From: Candidatus Lokiarchaeum ossiferum
GTDB lineage: Archaea > Asgardarchaeota > Lokiarchaeia > Sigyniarchaeales > Promethearchaeaceae
DNA: 32,000 nucleotides
Assembly (NCBI GenBank): GCA_025839675.1
Contig: CP104013.1
Span: 2,670,001-2,702,000, forward strand
Reading direction: 5' to 3'
The notes beneath the pieces are model-generated. The model was given only the letters and a program-made list of their open reading frames with translations, searched no databases and was not told the origin of the DNA. Each line of letters starts with the position of its first letter. Within the stretch, counting starts at the first letter, position 1. This document shows, piece by piece, positions 1-10,041 of this stretch. The position numbers were made by a program, and so were the translations under genes.

Positions 1-900
1 TTTTTGAATTGCTTCTAAGCGGGGAGTGAAATCGAAAATAATCCGATTATCCCTTATTATAAAATCCATATAGTTAAGTGATATATATTTGATTTGGAAA
101 ATACGGGGAGTGGTAGGAGATTCAAAAGGAAGCCTACTAATGAGATTCTTATCTAACAATTGTTTCAATTTTTGGGACACCGCACCAGAGGAATTTCCAG
201 TAAGATCTTGTAATTTTTTTTGAGTTATATTCTTCCGTAACATGATATAAGCCATAATTTTGCTCAAAATAGGTTTTGAATCAAAAAGAAACTTATTTTC
301 CACAAGATAGGATACAATATCAAATTCGATAGCTTCAATTTCGGGAGGAAAATCAGTGATTTCTTGGGAAATTGGTAATAATCTATCGTTTTCAGGCAAA
401 AATATTGTTTTTCCTTTTATAGCGAAGTTTCTTTGTTGAGCTTGAATATAATTAAGTATGCCATTGAGACGATAAATAAAAAATTGACTTTTCACAGGAT
501 AAATATCCATCAAGGAGTGACATTTTTGGATGGTTTGTTTGATATATTTGAATAGATTATTAAGCCGTTCGAGTATATTGGAAAAAGGTTGATAATTAAA
601 TGGGATGAACTCACATGATGGAAGTTTATACAAGTGCGTATGGGTGCCAGCAATTAGGTTTTTTTTTATCACTCGCATTTGAACCAGATGAGCTAATCCA
701 GTAGATATGGTACTATATGAATATTTGGTAAGTTTTTTTAATTGTTTTTGAGTTAAACTATCATATATCACGAGATAAGCATATATAACGGATAATTTTA
801 GATTTCTCCCAAGATTATTTGCATAATTTTTATAGAATTGCACTATTTCTTGTTCAATTTCCTTGAATTTTCCTTCATACAAATGTTCATGGAGTTCCAT
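1..900 (-). CDS. Tandem winged-helix (MarR/TrmB-like) DNA-binding protein; 3' end cut by the window edge
   Basis: Absent from the ORF track because it runs off the window. My translation from ATG at 900 (MELHEHLYEGKFKEIEQEIVQFYKNY...) stays open for 300 codons down to position 1. Two HTH-like segments: SLTQKQLKKLTKYSYSTISTGLAHLVQMRVIKK and NITQKKLQDLTGNSSGAVSQKLKQLLDKNLISR. Confidence 0.6.
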   Translation of the reverse strand, partial: MELHEHLYEGKFKEIEQEIVQFYKNYANNLGRNLKLSVIYAYLVIYDSLTQKQLKKLTKYSYSTISTGLAHLVQMRVIKKNLIAGTHTHLYKLPSCEFIPFNYQPFSNILERLNNLFKYIKQTIQKCHSLMDIYPVKSQFFIYRLNGILNYIQAQQRNFAIKGKTIFLPENDRLLPISQEITDFPPEIEAIEFDIVSYLVENKFLFDSKPILSKIMAYIMLRKNITQKKLQDLTGNSSGAVSQKLKQLLDKNLISRLPFESPTTPRIFQIKYISLNYMDFIIRDNRIIFDFTPRLEAIQK

Positions 901-1284
901 GGGTATTTAATCCTAATTTGTTTAAATTTTGTGTTATATTACAAAGGTAGAAGCATTTTTTAAGGTTTAATAAATTTTACAAAAAAAGTGTTAGAAAAAA
1001 TCAGGACTCGACAAAAATAGACTCCTGTATGGGATTTTCTTTAAACAAAAGAAAGGAGTTTTTGAGAATTTGTTGATTTTTGCCTTTATTATAATCAGAA
1101 TCATCAAATTTTCCCGGATGTAAAACTTTCGCATCATAGTAATAATACATTTTTATTTTCCCCAATTATCGAAATTACTGAAACCTATAGAATTATAGGT
1201 ATTTCAAGTTTAAAAAGGTTTTCATCCCCTTCGAAATTTGAAAATAATAAAAAACAACAGTTGGAAAAAGTGGAAAACATCAAA

Positions 1285-2556
1285 TTATCCTTGTTCTTTG
1301 TAATCAGATAAAAGTTCCCCTTTATCTACTTGCCTATAATCAGAAAAGAATGCAAAAAGGAGAGTTATAACCATATATGACCCTGCCAATATGATAAATA
1401 AAATATTTATCCCTATTAATTCAGCGAGGGGGCCAGCGATCAGACTTGATATGGGCATGATTGAAAAAGATAAAGCCATATCCATTGCATTCACTCTTCC
1501 TTGCTTATCTAGAGGTACTTTTTCTTGCAAAATTGTCATATACAGGCTATTTAGTATGGGTATTCCAAAGGCAAGGATAAACAAACCGACTCCAATTATT
1601 ACAAAATTACTTTTAGATGCTAAACCAGTTATTAAATATCCCGTTCCAACAAGAAATTGAGCCACTATCATAATGATGCTTTTATGTTTCCAATTTTTTT
1701 TTATAGCGATAAAGATTGCTCCACATATCATTGCAATTTGAGAAACCGCAGATAAATAAGACAATATCTTAGCGTCACCTCCATGATAAATACTTATGAA
1801 GTATGGTCGAAGTACTCCTGAGGGACTAAGAAGAAAATTGCCAATTATAGCCATCATGAAAAAGGCAAACATGCCCCGAATTTGCATGATAATGTGATAG
1901 CCTTCCTTCATTTCGTGAATAAATGAAGTTTCTTCATCTTTCAATTTTGAAGATCCTAAAATTGAAGGAATCGTAATAAGAAGCGTTGGAATAACTGCAA
2001 TTAAAAAAGATCCGACGTCAATCCATAATATAAACTTGATATCCATAAATCCAATTAATATTCCAGAAACTATGGGTCCAATTGTAAAAATCGCTGATGA
2101 TGCAATCATATTAATAGAATTCATTCGAGAAAGTTTTTCTTTTGGAATCATAACAGGAATAATAGCTGCTACTGTGGGTCTATGAATCGATTGAAAAACA
2201 CTACGAATAATTATAATTCCAAGTACAACCCAAACGCTTTGTAAATTGAACACGAATAAAAAGAAAAGAATGAGGGTGGCCAACGCTTGACAAAAATCAG
2301 TAAATACAATTATTTTTTTTCGATCTAGACGATCAATCCACACTCCAGCAAAAAAAGTTACAAATATTCTCGGCAGAATTGAAAGAAATGCAGTAATTGA
2401 TAAAATTGTTGCACTTTGTGATTCAATTGTAATCCAATAAATGAGAGCAAATTCCACTATCGATGATCCAAGAAGAGAACCCAATTGACCTAACCAAAAT
2501 AGCAGATAATGGTGGAAGGTATCTTTTGTCGCTGTAATTTGGTTCACAGATGCCAT
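1285..2556 (-). CDS. MFS transporter (EntS/macrolide-efflux-like subfamily)
   Basis: 423-aa ORF with ATG start. About 12 hydrophobic segments in two halves. The N-terminus, HHYLLFWLGQLGSLLGSSIVEFALIYWI, is typical of this MFS subfamily. Confidence 0.8.
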   Translation of the reverse strand: MASVNQITATKDTFHHYLLFWLGQLGSLLGSSIVEFALIYWITIESQSATILSITAFLSILPRIFVTFFAGVWIDRLDRKKIIVFTDFCQALATLILFFLFVFNLQSVWVVLGIIIIRSVFQSIHRPTVAAIIPVMIPKEKLSRMNSINMIASSAIFTIGPIVSGILIGFMDIKFILWIDVGSFLIAVIPTLLITIPSILGSSKLKDEETSFIHEMKEGYHIIMQIRGMFAFFMMAIIGNFLLSPSGVLRPYFISIYHGGDAKILSYLSAVSQIAMICGAIFIAIKKNWKHKSIIMIVAQFLVGTGYLITGLASKSNFVIIGVGLFILAFGIPILNSLYMTILQEKVPLDKQGRVNAMDMALSFSIMPISSLIAGPLAELIGINILFIILAGSYMVITLLFAFFSDYRQVDKGELLSDYKEQG

Positions 2557-2684
2557 ATCTTAACTAATTCAACTTAATTAAAAAATGGCACTTTATTCCA
2601 TTAATTCTAAAAAAAATGAATTTTTCGATATGAGTTTGGCAAAACACATAAAAAGATGGAATTTATTGAATGATATGACATTTT

Positions 2685-4622
2685 ATGAAAAATATATCAT
2701 GGCAAAAGCAATCTTTATTTCTTGTTCTTACAATTTTTCTAATGATTGTTTCTTCAATTCAATTCCCTATGTTTGAAAATGCTGCAAGTCAAGAACTCAA
2801 TCAAATTCAACATTCACGAATTGAAATTCCTTGTTCACAAGATGAAGATAGTCCTTATGTTGAAGAAAAACTATCTAATTTATCAATTTACTTTCAAATT
2901 CTGGAATCAGAATCAAAAATAACAGGACACTTAAATTTGAGTTATTTCAATGCAGATCCAATTGCATTTTCTCAAATTCCCTTTCACCTATACTTATCTG
3001 GAATGGAATATATTTCACGAAAAGGTAAAATGGAGATTTTAGGAGTTCGATTACTTGAATCCCCATTAACATCTTTACCATACCAAGTTCATGAGGACCA
3101 ACAGTTAATGTGGGTAAATCTAAGCTCTGATTTGCAACCGAATGAACGAATCAAAATACAGATTAACTTTACATGCACATTACCCGACGGTGGGATTGAT
3201 CGAGCCAATGAACATGGAAAAGATGCTGATAGTTCCCGAATATTCAAGGCATCTCATTGTTATCCAATTCCTTGTGTCTATGATCAATGGGACGGATGGA
3301 ATACAGATCCTTATCTTCCCACAGGAGATCCCTTTTATTCTGACATGGCTTTCTATGATATATTTGTAGAAGCACCAGCAGGAATGATCATTGCATCAAC
3401 AGGAGAATTATTTAGTAAAAAATCAGTAAATGGCAGTATTCTTCATCATTACAATTCAGCATTCCCCGTAAGGGAAATTACCTTTGCAGCGTCACGATAT
3501 TTTCAAACTGAAACTGAAAACGTCAACGGAGTCAATTTAACAACCTATTTTCTCCCAAAATCCACAATTTTATGGAAAACGAATGCTCTTCGATTTGCAA
3601 AACAAGCATTAACATTATTTAATGCAAGTTTTGGGACCTACCCTTACCCTACCTTAAATATTGTTCAAGAATATACCAACTATGGAGGTATGGAATACCC
3701 CTGTCAAGTGTATATTTCGCAAGCTTATGATGATATGGAAAATGCAATTTATCGAATTGAGAAAACGATTGTCCACGAAACAGGGCATCAATGGTTTTAT
3801 CAACTCATTGGAGTTGATGAAGTGGATTGGGGATTTTTAGATGAAGGATTAGTATGTTGGGCAACGGATTTTCACTATATCGACAAATATTATCCAGAAT
3901 CCTATAGTTTTTCTGGAATTGAAATTCTCAATCGTGTAAGAAATTATGCGATCAACACAGAATTTAAACCCAACACCATCAATTTATCTGTATACGAATG
4001 TGAAGAACAAAATGTGGATTACTGGTACGTAGCCTATGGAAAAGCACCAGTTATATTTGAGAAATTATCTCTCACTTTAGGACCTGCAATATTTTTACAA
4101 GGAATTCAATTGTTCTTCACCCAATTTCAGTTCCAAATTGCGATGTTAAGCGATCTTCAAGCAGCAATGGAGCAAGTTTCGGGAGAAAATTTAGATTGGT
4201 TTTTCCTTCCTTGGTTTGATAATCCCCAAATTCCAAAATATGCCGCAACCGATGTAAGATATGATAAAAACACTCAATCGGTATCATTCACCATTATAGA
4301 TTCAAATGAGAATTATAATCCATATAAGTTTTCTCAGCAGTTACCAATCAAAATTTTGAAACGAGATAATATTATTTATGAAGGTTTAAAATGGATTAAT
4401 GGAACCACAACACTCAATATTTCAGTAGAAGAAGCCCCTTCAAAACTTAAAATAGTATTTTCACAAGATATCCTCCACCAATTTGATCTTGAAGAAGAAA
4501 ATTGGCAGGAATATACAATCAAAGGAGGATCCATCCCGGGATTTGACAGTGTTCTATTGATCGGATGTTCAATCTTAGCAATCGGTTTCCACATCTTTAA
4601 TACCCGAAAAAGAGCGCAATAA
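2685..4622 (+). CDS. Secreted or membrane-anchored M1-family zinc metallopeptidase (aminopeptidase N-like)
   Basis: HEXXH-X18-E zinc site (HETGHQWFYQLIGVDEVDWGFLDE) and a GGMEYP exopeptidase-like motif upstream. N-terminal signal/anchor (LFLVLTIFLMIVSS). C-terminal IPGF + hydrophobic helix + RKR tail. Confidence 0.85.
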   Translation: MKNISWQKQSLFLVLTIFLMIVSSIQFPMFENAASQELNQIQHSRIEIPCSQDEDSPYVEEKLSNLSIYFQILESESKITGHLNLSYFNADPIAFSQIPFHLYLSGMEYISRKGKMEILGVRLLESPLTSLPYQVHEDQQLMWVNLSSDLQPNERIKIQINFTCTLPDGGIDRANEHGKDADSSRIFKASHCYPIPCVYDQWDGWNTDPYLPTGDPFYSDMAFYDIFVEAPAGMIIASTGELFSKKSVNGSILHHYNSAFPVREITFAASRYFQTETENVNGVNLTTYFLPKSTILWKTNALRFAKQALTLFNASFGTYPYPTLNIVQEYTNYGGMEYPCQVYISQAYDDMENAIYRIEKTIVHETGHQWFYQLIGVDEVDWGFLDEGLVCWATDFHYIDKYYPESYSFSGIEILNRVRNYAINTEFKPNTINLSVYECEEQNVDYWYVAYGKAPVIFEKLSLTLGPAIFLQGIQLFFTQFQFQIAMLSDLQAAMEQVSGENLDWFFLPWFDNPQIPKYAATDVRYDKNTQSVSFTIIDSNENYNPYKFSQQLPIKILKRDNIIYEGLKWINGTTTLNISVEEAPSKLKIVFSQDILHQFDLEEENWQEYTIKGGSIPGFDSVLLIGCSILAIGFHIFNTRKRAQ

Positions 4623-4688
4623 TTTTTTTTGTTATATTCTTCCATTTCTCGAAACCCTAAAAAAAACTCATGCGTTAGATTACATACC

Positions 4689-5924
4689 ATGAATTTTCCG
4701 AAACAACAAGTCATTCGATGGATAAATGAACAAAAAGAAGATATACTGGAAATATACAAATCTATTTTACGAATTCCCGCCTTGGCTCCAAAAAATGGAG
4801 GAGATGGAGAGTGGGATAAAGCACAGAAAATAATAGAGATCATTACATCTTGGGGATGGAAGGATTGGTTGGAAGTCGTAGAAGTTCCAGATCCAAAGGC
4901 AAAAAATCAATCACGGCCGAATATCATAATAACTTACAACCCAGAAAATCTTTCAACTCCCGCAATTGTAAGTGTAGCCCATATGGATATCGTTCCTGTG
5001 GGTGATTTGAGCGAATGGGATCATGATCCATTTGACCCCATTGTAAAAGATGGAAAGCTTTTTGGTCGAGGCACTGAAGACAATGGTCAAGGACTAATCT
5101 GCTCTCTCTACGGTTTGAAGTGCATTGTAGATCTAAAATTAACTATCGCAAATCCAATTAAAGTAGTAATCGTAGCGGATGAAGAATTAGGAAGCACTTA
5201 TGGAATCCGCCCCCTAGTTGAACAAAACCGATTTTCACCAGAAGATATCGTGGTAGTACCCGATGCGGGAGTGAAGTCTGGATTAGAAATTGAAGTAGCA
5301 GAGAAAAAACCATTTCAAGTTCACATTATTACGGAAGGTCATCAAGGCCACGCGGCTCGACCGAACGATGCACTCAACACACAACCTGTAGCAAACGATC
5401 TTGCAAGCAAACTTTTTGAAGAGCTCCATACGCGATTTACTGAATCGGATCCCTTATTTTATCCTCCAGTATCAACATTTGAACCCACGAAGCGAGTTAA
5501 CAACGTTGAAAATACGAATACCTTACCTGGACGCGATGAACAATGGTGGGATTGTCGTTTACTTCCCAATGCACCTGTAGAAGAAATCAAAAAAGTTTTC
5601 CAAACTACCGCGGCAGAAATTGAAAAGAAATGGAACGCTAAAATTACAGTAAATATTAGAACGCGGGATATTAAAATTCCTACTATAAACGCAGACACAC
5701 CTGTAGTTCGACGTTTGCAAAAGGCAATTGGAACAATGATTGAAGGAGAAACTACGCTAGTAGGAATTGGAGGAGGGACATGTGCTGCTTTCTTCCGAAT
5801 GGCAGGCATAAAAGCCATCGTTTGGGGGCATATGGATCATAAAGCCCATGAAACAAATGAGTACTGTGTTGTTGAAAATCTCTATACCGATATTGCAATC
5901 TTCACGGCATTTTTCACAGCATGA
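4689..5924 (+). CDS. M20-family metallohydrolase (ArgE/DapE/CPG2-like)
   Basis: Motifs SVAHMDIVPVGD, GRGTEDNGQG and VADEELGS. The track ORF starts at a TTG (4629); the first ATG is at 4689 (MNFPKQQVIRW), chosen here. Confidence 0.85.
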   Translation: MNFPKQQVIRWINEQKEDILEIYKSILRIPALAPKNGGDGEWDKAQKIIEIITSWGWKDWLEVVEVPDPKAKNQSRPNIIITYNPENLSTPAIVSVAHMDIVPVGDLSEWDHDPFDPIVKDGKLFGRGTEDNGQGLICSLYGLKCIVDLKLTIANPIKVVIVADEELGSTYGIRPLVEQNRFSPEDIVVVPDAGVKSGLEIEVAEKKPFQVHIITEGHQGHAARPNDALNTQPVANDLASKLFEELHTRFTESDPLFYPPVSTFEPTKRVNNVENTNTLPGRDEQWWDCRLLPNAPVEEIKKVFQTTAAEIEKKWNAKITVNIRTRDIKIPTINADTPVVRRLQKAIGTMIEGETTLVGIGGGTCAAFFRMAGIKAIVWGHMDHKAHETNEYCVVENLYTDIAIFTAFFTA

Positions 5925-5978
5925 ATTTCATGTGAAAACATAAATTTCTAAACCAATTTTTTTTTTCTTTACATACAT

Positions 5979-6605
5979 ATGAAAAAACTTGTTATCATCG
6001 ATTGTTATGAAAAGATCATCACCCCTCATCGGGACAAAGGCTTTCAAAACGCTTTTAACAACCTTGATAATCTAAATTGGGAATATATTAGATATGAAGA
6101 ATTGATAAATCCTTCCAAATATACTCTTGCACTGGAATCGGATGGAATAATTATATCTGGTTCTCAATTGAATATCCCAGATCCTTCTACACAAGAAAAA
6201 ATGTCTCTTCTCATAAAACTTGTCAAGGAATATTCCAAACCCATCTTAGGTATTTGTTTTGGGCTTCAACTCATCGGGTATATCTTTGGTTTTATAATCC
6301 AAAAGATGGAAAACCCCGAAGCTGAATGGGATAAGGAAATAACTTTGACATGTCAACCTCCTTTTGCTTTATTAGATGATCAAACTATTGAAGTTGATGT
6401 ACATCATGCCTATGAAATCCAATATATTCCAGAATTAGAAGAAATTTTCACTTGCCACGCATCAACCGAAGCATGTAAAGTAGAAGTGATAACACATAGA
6501 TCTCGCCCTATATATGGTGTGCAATTTCACCCAGAAACCTATAAATCGGAAAAAATTGTTGAAAGTGGAAAAGAATTATTACGGAAATTTGTTGCTTTAC
6601 TATGA
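5979..6605 (+). CDS. Class I glutamine amidotransferase (GuaA subunit-A-like)
   Basis: Nucleophile elbow ILGICFGLQLIG and catalytic His/Glu in PIYGVQFHPE. 208 aa, stand-alone. Confidence 0.8.
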   Translation: MKKLVIIDCYEKIITPHRDKGFQNAFNNLDNLNWEYIRYEELINPSKYTLALESDGIIISGSQLNIPDPSTQEKMSLLIKLVKEYSKPILGICFGLQLIGYIFGFIIQKMENPEAEWDKEITLTCQPPFALLDDQTIEVDVHHAYEIQYIPELEEIFTCHASTEACKVEVITHRSRPIYGVQFHPETYKSEKIVESGKELLRKFVALL

Positions 6606-6654
6606 TTTCCTAAATAAGTCAACTGAAATTTATATCAAGGTTAAAATCTAAGGA

Positions 6655-8331
6655 TTACAGAAATTTGGACACATAAGGGCCATCTATTTCATATCCTTGT
6701 TTGTAGAAATATGGGCGGACTCCGATGCCAGCGATAACAAAGATTTTCTTACATCCATAAACCCGTGCAATTTTTTCTGCTTCTTCCATTAGTCGTTTCC
6801 CATAGCCACGATGTTGGATTTGTCCAATTTTAGGATCAGAATTATGACCAACTAATTCCCCAACAACCCGAATTTCACGAACTATTGCTGATTTTTCAGA
6901 AATGATCTCCATACGATGAGCTTGAGGAGAAGGAATTCGTAACCGAAGATAACCAATAAGCATGTTTTCTTCAAGATCTTCGAAAGACAGAAAATGTTCT
7001 TCTCCTTCTGAGGCTTCATAAGGAAAATCATAAAATTTAACATTAGTCATATTGACTGCTTCTTGAGTAGCATTTCGTTTATGAGCATAAAATCCTTCTT
7101 CTCGACAACGAATACAATTACACTTCTTTCCTTCGATTTTCATCTTTGTATGAACAATTTGCCTAAGGTTACTATTTTTTACACCGTCCACAATTAAATT
7201 GACTGGAATATCTCGCTGAATCCGTTGAATTCGCACATATCGGGGTAATTCAGATTTGATTTGGGCAATGACTTCTACAATTTTTTCTTGAGAGTAAGGA
7301 TGATATTCTCCTGCTTTATACAATTTATAGAGTTGTGTGCCTTCAATCACCAAACAAGGATATATTTTGAGCATGTCGGGTCGGAAATTTGGATTATCAA
7401 ATAATTCGCGAAAGATTTCAACATCAGTTTCAGGAGAAGAAAGCGGAAGATTCGGCATCATATGGGCATTCACTTTGAGTCCAGCATCTTTGCAAACTTG
7501 AATCGCCTTTATGTTGTCAGCAACAGAATGATTACGATGGACATAGGTAAGAATATCATCCCGAGTCGTTTGGATACCAATTTCTATTCGAGTAGCACCC
7601 AATTCGAGAATTCGATCAACATGTTCTTCTAAGGCATAATCAGGACGAGTTTCAAATGTAACTCCAATTAATCGGGTTTGAGATGACTCCAATCGCTTCT
7701 TTGCAGTCACTAAATCGGGAGAGCGGATATTAGAATTATAATCCGGCTCTCGAAAGTTCAAGATCGCATCATAACAGCCTTGGATAAATTCATTTTGATA
7801 AGATTGTGGGAAGTAAAGGAATGTTCCTCCCATTACAATTAATTCAATTTTATCTACTTCATGTCCAATAGCGGCCAGATCTATTAATCGATGTAGAGTT
7901 TGTTCATATCCATCATAATGATACATTGCTGATCGCATGGCCGCAGGTTCTCGTCCAGTATAACTTTGAGCTACTTTTTCACCAGGCTGAGAATCAGGTC
8001 CTGGACAAAAGATACATTCACCCGGACAACTTTTTGACCCTTCGGGAGTGGGTGCAGTCATCACTGCGACAATGGTGACACCTGAGAGAGTGCGAGTTAA
8101 ACGTCGTCGTAAAAGAAAAGAAATTTCTTTTAATTCTTCTTCAGTAGCATAAGACGCAATGATTGAATCTTTGATAACATTCACAAATCCATATTGTTTC
8201 CCAATACGCCCTTTAATCGCGGTCAACTGCTTTTTTTTCATTGTAGGATTGGCAAGAATGTACTCAATAATTGCCCGAGCAGTTTTTTGAGTTATTTCTT
8301 CGGAGTTGGGATTAATACCTTTATGGACCAT
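6655..8331 (-). CDS. elp3: Elp3-type tRNA U34 carboxymethyl-modification enzyme (radical SAM + GNAT)
   Basis: Radical-SAM cysteine cluster SCPGECIFCPG followed by QSYTGREPAAMR. C-terminal GNAT acetyl-CoA motif QHRGYGKRLMEEAEKIA. 558 aa, the usual Elp3 length. Confidence 0.9.
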   Translation of the reverse strand: MVHKGINPNSEEITQKTARAIIEYILANPTMKKKQLTAIKGRIGKQYGFVNVIKDSIIASYATEEELKEISFLLRRRLTRTLSGVTIVAVMTAPTPEGSKSCPGECIFCPGPDSQPGEKVAQSYTGREPAAMRSAMYHYDGYEQTLHRLIDLAAIGHEVDKIELIVMGGTFLYFPQSYQNEFIQGCYDAILNFREPDYNSNIRSPDLVTAKKRLESSQTRLIGVTFETRPDYALEEHVDRILELGATRIEIGIQTTRDDILTYVHRNHSVADNIKAIQVCKDAGLKVNAHMMPNLPLSSPETDVEIFRELFDNPNFRPDMLKIYPCLVIEGTQLYKLYKAGEYHPYSQEKIVEVIAQIKSELPRYVRIQRIQRDIPVNLIVDGVKNSNLRQIVHTKMKIEGKKCNCIRCREEGFYAHKRNATQEAVNMTNVKFYDFPYEASEGEEHFLSFEDLEENMLIGYLRLRIPSPQAHRMEIISEKSAIVREIRVVGELVGHNSDPKIGQIQHRGYGKRLMEEAEKIARVYGCKKIFVIAGIGVRPYFYKQGYEIDGPYVSKFL

Positions 8332-8370
8332 GAATAGACCTTCGTTTTTAATAAATGGAAAAAAATGGAG

Positions 8371-9126
8371 TTAAGCATCCAGCGGCCGTTTCTTACCACC
8401 GAATATTGCAATTTCAAATACTTTAAAGAAAATATCAACGTCTATAAACCCTAAATCGCGTAACCAATCGGTTTGTCGTTCTGCTGTGGCGAGAATATTA
8501 GATTGCTTAAGAGCTCGAAAGAAGTATTTATTGGCAATTTCTTCCCGCTTTACATCAGGATTCGATTTTTTATGATAAGCAAAGAGGCTATCCACATAAT
8601 TTTCAGCATTAAGCTTATCTCCTAAGGGAGAAGGGGATTTGACCCGTTCTAGATTGAGGAAAAATCCACCTGGGGAGAGAAGATCATAAATTTCCGCATA
8701 AATTTGACGTTTTCGATTATGGGTTAAATGATGGATCGCCAAACCCGATACAACAACATCGTAAGGACCATGTGCTTTCAGGTCAATATTCCAAGATTCT
8801 GAAGACATATCTGCGGTATGATAATACACTTCCGTTGCGATTTTTTCTTCTACAACTTTTTCACGTGCCGTATTCACCATTACATCAGACATATCCGATA
8901 GGGTGAGCCTTGCTGTAGGATAATTATGCAGAACAGCTCTTCCTAAAATTCCATCACCACAACCAATATCCAGAATATTTGAAACTTTCTCGGTTCCAAA
9001 CTGAATGATTTTTAAGAGCAATCGGATTTCTTCTTGAGCTAAGGGAATAGCAGCGCGAGTGCCTTGAAGATAATCTTTAGCAACGGAATCATCTTCCCAT
9101 ACATTTAAATTAGTGTTTTTAGACAT
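8371..9126 (-). CDS. Class I SAM-dependent methyltransferase
   Basis: Motif I ILDIGCGDGILG and post-I acidic residue (LTLSDMS). Later motif DVVVSGLAIHHL. The overall N-terminal layout resembles Tam/CmoA-like small-molecule or RNA methyltransferases. Confidence 0.8.
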   Translation of the reverse strand: MSKNTNLNVWEDDSVAKDYLQGTRAAIPLAQEEIRLLLKIIQFGTEKVSNILDIGCGDGILGRAVLHNYPTARLTLSDMSDVMVNTAREKVVEEKIATEVYYHTADMSSESWNIDLKAHGPYDVVVSGLAIHHLTHNRKRQIYAEIYDLLSPGGFFLNLERVKSPSPLGDKLNAENYVDSLFAYHKKSNPDVKREEIANKYFFRALKQSNILATAERQTDWLRDLGFIDVDIFFKVFEIAIFGGKKRPLDA

Positions 9127-9141
9127 TTTTCTTCACATTTT

Positions 9142-10041
9142 TTATATTTTGAAAGGTTTTCCACTGAAATCACGATGGAATTTTCCAAAATCTGTGGTTT
9201 TTCGCAAAACTTCGTTTGTGAAGATAGGTCCATCAAAACAAACAAGTAATCCAGTGGGTTCCAATGCGCACAATCCGCACATCCCAAATCCACAACGCAT
9301 CATTCGTTCTAAACTCGCTTGAACTTCAACATTATATTTTTCACAAATCTCGAAGACTTTTTTCAGCATGATTTCTGGTCCACAAGAATAAACTGTGATG
9401 GGTGAAGTTTCATTTCGAGCTTTTTGAGCTTCAATTTCTTGTTGTAAAAGCATATCCAATTTTTCAGTGGTAAAGCCCTTAAATCCACAGCTTCCATCAT
9501 CGGTACAAAATTCCATAGCGGTCTCATCTGCATAGATATCTGCGATTTCATTCATAAATAATAAATCGGATTCAGTTTTAGCACCTTCAATACAAATTAC
9601 TTGATCCAGTTCAAATTGGGTAGGATTTTTTTGTTCTTTTACCAATTGATCAATCAAGGGAAGCACTGATGCCATACCAATCCCGCCCCCAACTATGATG
9701 GCAGTCCCATCCTTAGGTTCATACCAGTTTCCATAGGGACCTCGAATCCCGATTTGATCGCCAACTTCCAATTTATGTAACGCTTCAGTGGCATCTCCAA
9801 CAGCGGCAACAGTAATCGCCATCCGATTTTCCCATCCAATATGAGATATAGACATCGGAATTTCATCAATACCTGGAATCCACACCATAACAAATTGACC
9901 CGGTTTCATTTCAATGGGTTCATCAATAGGGTTATAATCCACGATGAAAGTTTTCACGTTCTTATTTTCTTGTTTAATTTCGATGATTGAGGTTAAAAAA
10001 GGTTTATTTAACCGGAAATCGATATTGGGTTTTACTGGCAT
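9142..10041 (-). CDS. pyrK: Dihydroorotate dehydrogenase electron-transfer subunit (FAD/2Fe-2S)
   Basis: C-terminal 2Fe-2S motif RCGFGMCGLCALEPTGLLVCFDGP. Ferredoxin-reductase-like N-terminal region. The start overlaps the pyrD stop by 10 nt. Confidence 0.85.
   Translation of the reverse strand: MPVKPNIDFRLNKPFLTSIIEIKQENKNVKTFIVDYNPIDEPIEMKPGQFVMVWIPGIDEIPMSISHIGWENRMAITVAAVGDATEALHKLEVGDQIGIRGPYGNWYEPKDGTAIIVGGGIGMASVLPLIDQLVKEQKNPTQFELDQVICIEGAKTESDLLFMNEIADIYADETAMEFCTDDGSCGFKGFTTEKLDMLLQQEIEAQKARNETSPITVYSCGPEIMLKKVFEICEKYNVEVQASLERMMRCGFGMCGLCALEPTGLLVCFDGPIFTNEVLRKTTDFGKFHRDFSGKPFKI

Noticed and set aside
1-900. Idea that the tandem winged-helix protein is an ESCRT-II (Vps25/EAP-like) homologue
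   Set aside because: Both WH units have classic DNA-binding HTH recognition-helix patterns (TQKxL..LTg.S.s.vS..L..L). They are separated by about 130 aa and the protein exceeds 300 aa. A MarR/TrmB-type regulator is the more economical reading.
1001-1150. 49-aa minus-strand ORF (MYYYYDAKVLHPGKFDDSDYNKGKNQQILKNSFLLFKENPIQESIFVES) in the gap between the wHTH gene and the MFS gene
   Set aside because: It is the only ORF in a 384-bp gap, so it may be real. It has no SD and no recognisable motif, and its length is within chance expectation. Not called.
1391-1660. Short track ORFs antisense to or overlapping recognised genes: 1391..1660, 2585..2776, 3142..3369, 5459..5818, 9105..9322, 9363..9551, 9693..9893, 12795..13019, 14182..14379, 15160..15743, 15941..16878, 18905..19108, 19570..19776, 21635..21820, 23231..23446, 25183..25389, 27397..27621, 28448..28750, 30787..31375
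   Set aside because: All lie inside or opposite longer ORFs that carry clear family motifs. None shows a motif, an SD or an independent intergenic location.
4376-4843. 155-aa antisense ORF spanning the M1/M20 peptidase junction
   Set aside because: It is antisense to two well-supported genes and has no motif. Such ORFs are typical in AT-rich DNA with few antisense stops.
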